This document shows, one piece after another, positions 29,586 through 38,020 of a stretch of DNA of 64,000 bases. Positions within the stretch are counted from its first letter, which is position 1, and each line of letters begins with the position of its first letter. The stretch spans positions 18,450 through 82,449 of the forward strand of contig CACEMW010000002.1 in the NCBI GenBank assembly GCA_902560705.1, read 5' to 3'. The position numbers were made by a program, and so were the translations under genes. The DNA is from an uncultured Verrucomicrobiota bacterium (GTDB taxonomy: Bacteria; Verrucomicrobiota; Verrucomicrobiia; Limisphaerales; AAA164-E04). The notes beneath the pieces were generated by a model. The model made no database searches. It saw only the letters and a list, made by a program, of their open reading frames with translations, and was not told where the DNA came from.

Positions 29586-30302
29586 ATGCCTAAAAATGTC
29601 GTCCTCATGGAAATTGAAAAGGTCACTTGGGAGCTTGAAGACACCAAAACCCTGAGACTCAAGTGGCCCGAAAATTACGAACCCGTCTATAAAACAGGAC
29701 AATTCATCACCCTTTATTGGCCTGACTGCCCCAAATACAAACGTGCTTATTCCCTTTCCTCCTCCGCTCTCGATCGCGGGTTTTATGAAGTCACCATCAA
29801 GCGAGATGGAAAAATGGGCACACGCATGGTGGACTGGGCAGAAGAGGGGCAAAAGCTTCATGTGATACCTCCGGTGGGGCGATTCCTCCCTGTTTTTGAA
29901 ACGGATAAGCACCTGGTCTGCATCGCTGGAGGCTCCGGAGTCACCCCTTTTAGAGGGTTCGCAAGAGAAGCGGCGCAGAGCAAATTGACTACCCGGATGA
30001 CTTTGCTTTATAGCGTTCGCACCCCGAGGGACATCATTTTCCGGGATGAATTCACCGCCCTCGAGGCTGAAAACCCCCATTTCCAATTCCAGGTTACTTG
30101 CACCCGAGCCGACGAAGCTGATGCTTGGCAAGGAAGAAGAGGAAGGATCGACGCCGATTGGATCACCGAAAAAGCCGGAAATCTTTCGACAGCCATTTTT
30201 TACGCCTGCGGCCCTACGACTCTTGTCGAGGCAACCGAGTCTCTGATCAGAGACACACTCAAGCTCCCCAAAGAACAGATCAAACTCGAAAAATGGGGTT
30301 AG
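29586..30302 (+). CDS. FNR-like FAD/NAD(P)-binding oxidoreductase (probable start ATG 29586)
   Basis: RAYSLSS, GKMG, IAGGSGVTP, YACGP, C-terminal EKWG. Confidence 0.88.
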   Translation: MPKNVVLMEIEKVTWELEDTKTLRLKWPENYEPVYKTGQFITLYWPDCPKYKRAYSLSSSALDRGFYEVTIKRDGKMGTRMVDWAEEGQKLHVIPPVGRFLPVFETDKHLVCIAGGSGVTPFRGFAREAAQSKLTTRMTLLYSVRTPRDIIFRDEFTALEAENPHFQFQVTCTRADEADAWQGRRGRIDADWITEKAGNLSTAIFYACGPTTLVEATESLIRDTLKLPKEQIKLEKWG

Positions 30303-30316
30303 AAATCAAGGATACC

Positions 30317-31432
30317 ATGAAACACACGAGTCTCTATCAAGCCCACTTGGATCACCACGCGCGCATGGTACCTTTCGGCGGTTGGGAGATGCCTTTGCAG
30401 TATACCGGCATCCTGCAGGAGCACCTTGCAGTGAGAAAAACAGGTGGGCTTTTTGATATTTCGCATATGGGAGAATTCCTGATCGAAGGATCCGATGCAT
30501 GCTCATTTCTCAACCAATGCCTGACAAACAACGTCACCGGCCTCGGCATCGGGTCGGGGCATTACACCTTGATGTGCAATAAACAAGGAGGCACGGTCGA
30601 TGATCTTTACCTCTATCGCCTGGAGGAACAGTCCTTCATGATGGTGGTCAATGCCTCCCGAATTCAGGCGGACTGGGAGTGGCTGATGCACCAGAAGGAC
30701 CAACACATTGGATCACCTAATGCAGTCCAATGTCACAATTTGTCAAATCAACTTGGCGCACTGGCTTTTCAGGGGCCGCTCGTCAGAACTGTGGTGGACA
30801 GGATGGCGGAAGATACACCCAACCCGATTGCCACCATGAAGAAAAACCAGATCCAGTGGGGCATGATCGGAGGATCTCGAGTGCGCATCGCAACAACAGG
30901 CTATACAGGCGAAGATGGGTTTGAGTTGATTGCTGATCAAGGTGAAATGCCACATCTCTGGGAGCGCATCCTATCGGAGGGAAAAAAGGAGGGAATTTGC
31001 CCTGCTGGCCTTGGGGCACGGGACACATTGCGCACCGAGATGGGATACCCCCTCTACGGGCACGAACTGAGCGAAGAAATCGACCCACTTCAAGCGGGAC
31101 TCGGTTTCTTCGTGGACTTGCAAAAACCAGCTTTTGTCGGAAAGAGTGCCTTGCTTCAAAAGAAAAACAAGGGATTGGAACAATGCAGTGTTGCTTTTCT
31201 CATGCAGGGAAAATCAGCCCCACCACGACCCGAATACCGTGTAGCTGATGCTCAAGGAAACAAAATAGGGGTTGTGACAAGTGGCACCATGAGTCCATCC
31301 TTGGAAACCGGTCTGGGGATGGCATTGATCCAGACATCCATGGCACACCCCGGAACCACCCTTCAAATTGAAATCCGAAATCGATGGTTTCCGGCTCAAG
31401 TGTGCAGGAAACCGCTGTATCGAAAGACTTGA
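30317..31432 (+). CDS. gcvT: Glycine cleavage system aminomethyltransferase T (probable start ATG 30317)
   Basis: MVPFGGWEMPLQY, FDISHMGE, TGYTGEDGFE, GLGARDTLRTEMG. Confidence 0.96.
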   Translation: MKHTSLYQAHLDHHARMVPFGGWEMPLQYTGILQEHLAVRKTGGLFDISHMGEFLIEGSDACSFLNQCLTNNVTGLGIGSGHYTLMCNKQGGTVDDLYLYRLEEQSFMMVVNASRIQADWEWLMHQKDQHIGSPNAVQCHNLSNQLGALAFQGPLVRTVVDRMAEDTPNPIATMKKNQIQWGMIGGSRVRIATTGYTGEDGFELIADQGEMPHLWERILSEGKKEGICPAGLGARDTLRTEMGYPLYGHELSEEIDPLQAGLGFFVDLQKPAFVGKSALLQKKNKGLEQCSVAFLMQGKSAPPRPEYRVADAQGNKIGVVTSGTMSPSLETGLGMALIQTSMAHPGTTLQIEIRNRWFPAQVCRKPLYRKT

Positions 31433-31474
31433 CCTAGAGTTACAGCCTCAGCATCTTGCCGATAAATAACTTTC

Positions 31475-31861
31475 ATGAGCGCGAATATTCCAGAACAGCT
31501 AAAATATGCGAAAACCCATGAATGGGTCAGGGTGGAAGGGGACACAGCCTGGGTTGGTATCACGGACCACGCTCAGGCAGAACTGACGGAATTGGTTTTC
31601 GTCGAACTTCCAGAAGCAGGCAGAACAGTATCTACCGGACAGCCTTGTGCCGTAGTCGAATCCGTCAAGACCGCAAGTGACATCTACGCTCCCCTGAGCG
31701 GCGAGGTCATCGAAGTCAACCAAGCACTGACCGACGATCCAGGCAAAGTGAACGCTGATTCTTTCGGAGAAGGATGGTTTTTTAAATTACGCATGAGTGC
31801 TCCTTCTGAATTGGATGGCCTCATGGATGCCGCTAGCTATCAGTCCCAAATTGGCGCCTAG
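31475..31861 (+). CDS. gcvH: Glycine cleavage system H protein
   Basis: [12 protein letters not shown], lipoyl site ESVK. Confidence 0.97.
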   Translation: MSANIPEQLKYAKTHEWVRVEGDTAWVGITDHAQAELTELVFVELPEAGRTVSTGQPCAVVESVKTASDIYAPLSGEVIEVNQALTDDPGKVNADSFGEGWFFKLRMSAPSELDGLMDAASYQSQIGA

Positions 31862-31881
31862 CCGCCAGCTGGAGATGGACA

Positions 31882-33159
31882 TCAGGAACGCCTGTTGGGC
31901 TTCCTGAAAAGCACAATCCGCTGCGAATTGGTTCCCTGACTGTTGTTACGCACTCCCCAGCATTGTGCGGTTTTGGTGAACGCCTGTTCTTGGCACAAGA
32001 CCATCAGAACCTTAAATCCGCTTTCCACACCGCATCGAATCACAGACTTCTCCAAATCCACCGTCCCTTTCCTGACTTCACCTACCTCCATCGCCACCAT
32101 GCCACCAGGCTTGAGCACGCGTCGCAACTCGTCCAGCACGCAAGTCATCTGCTCCTCCCATTGATCGAGCAGCCCAGGTACGGTTATTTCCAACTGCTTG
32201 GAATCAATCCCAAGAAACCAGCATCGCAGCCAATTATCGCTGGCGTAGTCCACCACATCGAGAAAGGGAGGTGATGTCACCACCAAACTTACAGACTCAC
32301 TTTTGATTCGGTCGAGTTGTTTGGACTGGCCCGTCAATAGACAAGCTTTCTTGGAACGCTGTCGCAAGCGTTGGAGCACCTTTTCATTGCAGTGACGCAG
32401 CAAGGATCGGGTTTTTTTGAGAATGATGGATCTGACATCACGGATAGGAGGGGATTGACGACGTCGAGTATTGATACGCTTCTGAGAAGCCACCGATACA
32501 GCCTGGTTGGGGGGCATGGAGTATACGGAAAAAAAGCCCGAGGAGTGGCCAGTGAGCCGGTTGAGCGCCACCATGCGAATCCAGTCATCTATCGAATCGG
32601 ACAGATCGTTTTGCTCTTGGAGTAGGAGATAATGCCTCAGAGCAAATATCTCACGCAATGTCTGAGGATGGTAGAAAACCAACAGATCATCAGTAATCTC
32701 ATGTTCCATACTCCATGGAATCTCATCCAGTCGCTGCTCGACTTTTTGCATCGAGGGCGGATTGAGGCGAGGCCGAACCAAATATTGACTGAGGGGATTG
32801 ACATCACAGCCCATTGGGATCCGATCCATGAGCGCAGCTTCAATCAATGTGGTACCCCTCCCCATGAATGGATCGAAAACGACCTCTCCCGGACGCGTGA
32901 GCCGCTCAATAAAAAAACCGGGCAGTTGCGGCTTGAAACAAGCTCGATAGGATATCTCATGAAGGCCATTGCCCTGACGCTGTAGCGAAGTCCAAAATTC
33001 ATTGGTATGATAAAGGACTTGAAGGGAGCGATTGCCTTGGAGGGAGCACTCATGAAGGGCACTATGGGTCAAATGACCAAACGCTTCGAATTGTCGAACA
33101 CAATGATCGAATTGTGGAAAAAGATCTTCTGTAACCGGTGATCCATCCATAAATGTCAT
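31882..33159 (-). CDS. DNA amino-methyltransferase (N4-C/N6-A type), orphan
   Basis: Motif I DPFMGRGTT and motif IV TSPPF about 200 aa downstream. Confidence 0.85.
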   Translation of the reverse strand: MTFMDGSPVTEDLFPQFDHCVRQFEAFGHLTHSALHECSLQGNRSLQVLYHTNEFWTSLQRQGNGLHEISYRACFKPQLPGFFIERLTRPGEVVFDPFMGRGTTLIEAALMDRIPMGCDVNPLSQYLVRPRLNPPSMQKVEQRLDEIPWSMEHEITDDLLVFYHPQTLREIFALRHYLLLQEQNDLSDSIDDWIRMVALNRLTGHSSGFFSVYSMPPNQAVSVASQKRINTRRRQSPPIRDVRSIILKKTRSLLRHCNEKVLQRLRQRSKKACLLTGQSKQLDRIKSESVSLVVTSPPFLDVVDYASDNWLRCWFLGIDSKQLEITVPGLLDQWEEQMTCVLDELRRVLKPGGMVAMEVGEVRKGTVDLEKSVIRCGVESGFKVLMVLCQEQAFTKTAQCWGVRNNSQGTNSQRIVLFRKPNRRS

Positions 33160-33177
33160 GGCTGCTCAAAGCAGCCC

Positions 33178-34047
33178 TCACCTTGCTTGGTCATCCAGCG
33201 GGGATGACCATCGTTCCCCGGTTTGAAGCACCTTGAAGGGTTGATTCAAGGCACGACAATGGTCCGTGAAAAGTTTGGGAGATTCCGTGTTGAAGGTGAA
33301 CATGTCATAGTGACAGGGAATCACACAGCCCACCCCCAATTTTTTTGCCAGAGAGGCAGCTTCATCCCCCCACATGTTGCCAGAAACTTTTCGCTCGGGC
33401 CTCCTGCCATTGATGGGCAACAAGGCGAGATCCAGAGACCACCGACTCAACAAGCGATCGAGCCCGTCATACACCAAGGTATCTCCACTATGATAGACCG
33501 CCCATGGCCCAAACTCGACAACATATCCGAGATAACAATGACGCCCGAGGTCATCCACATCCAAATCCTCATGTGCCGCCGGAACAGCATGAATGCGAAA
33601 AGGACCCAGGCGGGTGGAAAATCCGGCATCAAGACCATGAAACCAATCTGTCTGTTGCCCTAGGCGATCGGCAGCAAAAGCCCCCATGGAAGCAGGTATC
33701 ACCATTTGAAGGTCAGGATTGGCCTGAATCATGGGCTTGAGAGTATCGGCATCAAGATGGTCCGTGTGTTGATGGCTGGAGGTCACCACCTGCACAAAAC
33801 CCAAGGTCGAAGGATGCATGGCAAGAGCCGTCATTCGAACATGGGGCTTATCGGTCGAAGCATACTTTCGAGTAAGAGAATCGGATAGGTAGGGATCGAA
33901 TAAGAAATAATGCTGATCCCAAGCCAATAGAAACCCACTCTGCCCAAGCCACCAGATATGGAATCGAGAAGACTCTTTGGCATAGCTGAGCATTTCCTGT
34001 TTCAGAGCTTCACCTCTGCACACAGGCTGAATGAGCGGAGAGTCCAT
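33178..34047 (-). CDS. MBL-fold metallo-hydrolase (UlaG-like lactonase family)
   Basis: WWLGQSGF, DPYLSDSL, SHQHTDH, PAAH, HSGDT, PINGR, PCHYDMF. Confidence 0.88.
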   Translation of the reverse strand: MDSPLIQPVCRGEALKQEMLSYAKESSRFHIWWLGQSGFLLAWDQHYFLFDPYLSDSLTRKYASTDKPHVRMTALAMHPSTLGFVQVVTSSHQHTDHLDADTLKPMIQANPDLQMVIPASMGAFAADRLGQQTDWFHGLDAGFSTRLGPFRIHAVPAAHEDLDVDDLGRHCYLGYVVEFGPWAVYHSGDTLVYDGLDRLLSRWSLDLALLPINGRRPERKVSGNMWGDEAASLAKKLGVGCVIPCHYDMFTFNTESPKLFTDHCRALNQPFKVLQTGERWSSPLDDQAR

Positions 34048-34056
34048 AATACTAAT

Positions 34057-35097
34057 TTAGAGGGATTGTCTTACTTTCTCAACTCCAGCGACCATGTTGT
34101 TGAGCTTTGCCTTGGCAGCCCATCGCGCTGTTTGACTCAACCCACAATCGGGGGCAATGGACAAACGTTCCGCAGGAGCATATTTCAGACACGCACGCAC
34201 CCGATCCGCAATCAACTCAGGCGACTCAATGAAGTAGCTTTTGACGTCTACAAGACCTACGGCAACGTGAAACCGCTCGGATAATGACGCGATGATATCC
34301 AGCTCCGCCATTTCCCTGCCTGCCATTTCAAGATGCATTTCATCTACCTTCATCTCCATAAAGGCCGGAAACATGGGAGCGTACCGGCGCAGCCCTACGG
34401 CGTGCCCTTTGAAATTACCAAAGCAAAGGTGAGTGGAGAGGCGACATTTACCCACCACCGGCTCCACCGTTCGATTGAAAATATCCACTAGACGATGCGG
34501 ATCTTCGCGGTGGGCGTAACAGCTCATCGAAGGCTCATCCACAGTCAGCTCCCTGCAGCCCGCTCGGACAAGATCCTCAAGTTCCTTGCGAACCAAAGGA
34601 AGCAGTGCCTCAGTAACCGCAAAACGATCCGTATAGGAGGCACCGGGAACCAGACGACCGCTCAGAGTGTAAGGGCCTGGAACACTGGCCTTGAGAGTCA
34701 CCTCTTGCGAAGGATTCAGTCGTTTCAAACGCTCAAAGTCCTCAACCGTGCCAAGTCCCCTTGGCGCTGCAAGTGGACCCACAATCGTATGCCTACCACG
34801 TTGGTCGTGAGCTGGTGGTCCCCAACGCCTGGGACTGGCACTTTCCAGCGAAATACCTTCCAGAAACCCGTAAAAGGAAAGGTTAAAATCCAACCGCGTC
34901 TGTTCTCCATCGGTAATGACATCCAGTCCAGCTGCGATTTGATCCATGATCGCAACGATAACCGCGTCCTCAATGATCTCTTGCTGGTCGGCACTTCCGA
35001 AAACATCCCAGTGGTCTACGGCATGATGCAACCAGGATGGAAAAGGGTAACTTCCAATGACTGTCGTTCGTAATAAGGATGGTTCCATAAAACTCAT
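34057..35097 (-). CDS. Half-size cobalamin-independent methionine synthase II family protein (Zn thiol alkyltransferase)
   Basis: TTVIGSYP, TDGEQTR, VDEP, Zn ligands HLC...E...PDCG; 346 aa, single barrel. Confidence 0.9.
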   Translation of the reverse strand: MSFMEPSLLRTTVIGSYPFPSWLHHAVDHWDVFGSADQQEIIEDAVIVAIMDQIAAGLDVITDGEQTRLDFNLSFYGFLEGISLESASPRRWGPPAHDQRGRHTIVGPLAAPRGLGTVEDFERLKRLNPSQEVTLKASVPGPYTLSGRLVPGASYTDRFAVTEALLPLVRKELEDLVRAGCRELTVDEPSMSCYAHREDPHRLVDIFNRTVEPVVGKCRLSTHLCFGNFKGHAVGLRRYAPMFPAFMEMKVDEMHLEMAGREMAELDIIASLSERFHVAVGLVDVKSYFIESPELIADRVRACLKYAPAERLSIAPDCGLSQTARWAAKAKLNNMVAGVEKVRQSL

Positions 35098-35867
35098 GGC
35101 ATGCTAGTATCACCGCCGTAGAGCTTGGCGATCCTCTGCGCATGCTCATCGTAGGCAGATTCAAACAATTCTGTGGCTTTTTCAGCCCCAACGATTGCCG
35201 AGGCGCTGAGTACTTTGGGGGGCGCACCCGCTCGGGTCAATTTTTCAGCAACGGATGCTTTGATGGCATTGACCAGCAGACAACCGCCAATCGTACTCCC
35301 TGGTGAAACAGGAGTTGCAAGGCCTTCCACCAAAACCATGGCATCCCCGACAGGAGCACCGGTATCCAGCACGCGATCAGAAAAATCCTGAAGCTTCTTT
35401 CCCAATGGATGCCGGCTCTGACTGGATCCAGCATGCTCCTGGCTGACTATAGAAACCACCTTGATCCCCCTTTTCCGGAAAATTTGTGCGATCTCAATAG
35501 GCACGACATTGCAGCCAGAGGAAGACACCAGCAAAGCGCAATCTCTGGGATCCGTTTGAAAGTTTCTCAGGATGCGTGCGGCCAGACCAGGAACATTTTC
35601 AAGAAACATGGCTTGGCGCTGCCCGTTGGCACCCACCACCTGATGATGGTTGGTCAACGAAAGCTCCACAATGGGATGAAAGCCGGGAAAAGAGCCATAA
35701 CGGGGCCACATTTCCTCAACCATGATCCTGCTGTGACCCGAGCCGAACAGATGTACCACTCGGCCAGAGAGAATGGTTTGAGCGAACCACTCGGCCACTT
35801 CTTCAATCAGAAGCTCTTGAGCAGCAATTTTATCGATCAAGCCACGAGCCCGATCCAGATAAGCCAT
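35094..35867 (-). CDS. SIS domain-containing sugar isomerase (probable start ATG 35867)
   Basis: HLFGSGHS, RYGSFPGF, VSSSG, GAPVGDA, PGST; 4-bp overlap with the MetE-like gene. Confidence 0.88.
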   Translation of the reverse strand: MAYLDRARGLIDKIAAQELLIEEVAEWFAQTILSGRVVHLFGSGHSRIMVEEMWPRYGSFPGFHPIVELSLTNHHQVVGANGQRQAMFLENVPGLAARILRNFQTDPRDCALLVSSSGCNVVPIEIAQIFRKRGIKVVSIVSQEHAGSSQSRHPLGKKLQDFSDRVLDTGAPVGDAMVLVEGLATPVSPGSTIGGCLLVNAIKASVAEKLTRAGAPPKVLSASAIVGAEKATELFESAYDEHAQRIAKLYGGDTSMP

Positions 35868-35916
35868 GGAAGTGGAAAGAGACATCAGAAATAGGAATAA
35901 CAATAAAGGCACTGAT

Positions 35917-36696
35917 TCAGTGCGATCCCCGCGACTGCTTCAAAAGCCATTGGTAAAGCTCAGGGTTATTGTAGGTTTTTGTCCACGAATCATGTCCAGC
36001 CTCAGGATAAAGGGTCAGACGTATGTTACCTTTTAAGCGCGATTGAAAGAAAGACACCAAACGTTTGCTTTCCTCCGGTAAGACAACCGTATCCTTTTCG
36101 CCATGAAAAACCCAGATAGGCAACTTTGCCAATGCCTCTGCTGTCGACGGCAAAATAAGTTCTCTCATAAAGTCCCCTGTATTGCCACCACCGCAAATTG
36201 GTATGGCCGCGGCAAAGCGACCAGGTTCTTTCGCAATCATGCTCCAGGCACCAAATCCTCCCATACTGAGTCCTGTCACGTAAATGCGATCGCTGTCGAT
36301 TTTGAGGCGATGAGTCACCTCATCCAAAAGACCCAACAAGGGATCGACCTCCCATACTTTCCCTTCTTCACATTGAGGCGAAATGAGCACAAAAGGAAAA
36401 TCTGGATCCGATTCAACCAGCTTTGGAGGGCCATGCATTTTGACTTTCTCCAAGTCATTTCCACGCTCTCCTACTCCATGAAGAAACAGCAATAATGGCC
36501 AATTTTTGGCACCATCCTGATCGTATGACTCAGGTAAATATTGGAGGTATCGATAAGACGCTTTTTTGCCAATAACACCCTCGTAGCGATGGGAGGACTG
36601 CGGGCTCTGCTGGGCCAGCATAACCGTTTTCAGCATCGCGACAACTGCGCAAAGAAAGCAGAGAAGCGTGTGCTTTTGAAAAAATGACATGCTCAT
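35917..36696 (-). CDS. Secreted alpha/beta hydrolase (carboxylesterase/predicted peptidase)
   Basis: LFLHGVGERG, nucleophile GLSMGG, FHGEKD, GHDSW; signal-peptide-like N-terminus. Confidence 0.88.
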   Translation of the reverse strand: MSMSFFQKHTLLCFLCAVVAMLKTVMLAQQSPQSSHRYEGVIGKKASYRYLQYLPESYDQDGAKNWPLLLFLHGVGERGNDLEKVKMHGPPKLVESDPDFPFVLISPQCEEGKVWEVDPLLGLLDEVTHRLKIDSDRIYVTGLSMGGFGAWSMIAKEPGRFAAAIPICGGGNTGDFMRELILPSTAEALAKLPIWVFHGEKDTVVLPEESKRLVSFFQSRLKGNIRLTLYPEAGHDSWTKTYNNPELYQWLLKQSRGSH

Positions 36697-36840
36697 TTCT
36701 TGAGTGATCGACCCAGTCAAGTCAAGTCTGCGGGATTCAAAGAACAATAGGTATTTCAAAAAAGGTTGAGATATCTTTCCGAAAAAATGCTGATGTGAGT
36801 ATCCCGAAAGATTTGTTTGCTGTGAGAAATTATCGATCTA

Positions 36841-36969
36841 TCAGGAAAACGTGTTTGGTCTCAAGGCACCAACCAGCCTCCTAAGCTCCTCATAGACGAG
36901 AGGCAATAACTGGTCCACAGCTTCAGAATAACCACGATCCATTTCTTGAAGAATCTGAGTAACGTTAAT
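36841..36969 (-). pseudogene. N-terminal fragment of a TIGR02999-type ECF sigma factor
   Basis: Manual translation INVTQILQEMDRGYSEAVDQLLPLVYEELRRLVGALRPNTFS*; the VTQIL...LLPLVYxELRxL signature; ATT where the start would be; stop after 42 codons. Confidence 0.8.
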
Positions 36970-36983
36970 GGCAGATAAAGGGG

Positions 36984-37892
36984 TCACGAGCGATGTGCCG
37001 CCACCATGCGCTCAAATACATTCCGCTGAGCCAGCATGGCTTTGATCTTATCCTGTGGGTTGGTTCTTGCTTCCAGTAGAACCCAACCATCATAGTGAGA
37101 CTGCAGTAGGAGACTGATGAGCTGTTCGTAAGGATAAGAACCCAGATCCAATTCTCTCACGTGAAGGGTATGACCAAATCTAGCCCGCACCTTGTTGAAA
37201 TTAGCTTCAAGACCATCGCCCTGGGTATCCACATCATTGGAATTCCAACAAACGCCAACGTTGGGATGGTCGGCCATGTCAAATATCGCCTTCATGATTC
37301 CTAATTCGCTGGTGCCATTGCCGTGAGCTTCTACACGAATCTGCTGACCCCAGTCATCTGCAAAAGCAGCAAGTTCATTGAGGGCGTGACCAATCTGGGC
37401 AATGGTCTTTTCACGGGGGATACCTTGGACAAACCCATTGGGCTTGACCTTGACACCGTGACCCCCGCAATCGTGCATCAGCCTTACATAGCTTTTCGCC
37501 AGATCCAGCTGCTGGCGCAACCGGTCTGGGTCGTCTTCATGAAATTGCGCATTGGAGCCATAGCCCACCAACTCTACCGGACTGTCGGCAAACCGTTTAT
37601 TGACCTCCTCACGCTCCACTTTGGAGAGGCTCGGTTCGACACCATGGGCATGCTGAGTTCGGGTTTCGACCCCCAATAGACCGGAGGATTCACAAGCTTT
37701 CAGAAGCTCTGGCAGGGCCATGTCTTTTCCCCATAGATAAGTGACCAATCCAAAAGACATCTGGCGAGGTTTCAAGGCCGCCTGAGATTTCATAAGCGTT
37801 GAACCCATCGCGCCAGACAGAAGGCCCATGGAACCCAGCAAACCACCTTGCTTTAAAAAAGAGCGACGACAGAGAGAACCTTGAGAGATCAT
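36984..37892 (-). CDS. Tat-exported sugar phosphate isomerase/epimerase TIM-barrel protein
   Basis: Tat signal RRSFLK; GVETRT, VKVKPN, VEAHG, CWNS, HVREL. Confidence 0.85.
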   Translation of the reverse strand: MISQGSLCRRSFLKQGGLLGSMGLLSGAMGSTLMKSQAALKPRQMSFGLVTYLWGKDMALPELLKACESSGLLGVETRTQHAHGVEPSLSKVEREEVNKRFADSPVELVGYGSNAQFHEDDPDRLRQQLDLAKSYVRLMHDCGGHGVKVKPNGFVQGIPREKTIAQIGHALNELAAFADDWGQQIRVEAHGNGTSELGIMKAIFDMADHPNVGVCWNSNDVDTQGDGLEANFNKVRARFGHTLHVRELDLGSYPYEQLISLLLQSHYDGWVLLEARTNPQDKIKAMLAQRNVFERMVAAHRS

Positions 37893-38020
37893 CTGAGGAG
37901 CATAGGGAGCAGGCGTTCGTTGACAAGCTCATTGAAGATTGCACTTCCATTCAAGTTTTCATGGCAATGGATGACGCCATTTTGATCGTCAAATATTTCC
38001 CAACCGTACAATCTGAGCAC

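Noticed and set aside
30125-30316. Basic N-terminal extension of GcvT in the ORF track
   Set aside because: Overlaps the upstream reductase; homology begins at ATG 30317
37799-38020. N-terminal extension of the amidohydrolase
   Set aside because: Overlaps the divergent gene; the signal peptide starts at ATG 38021
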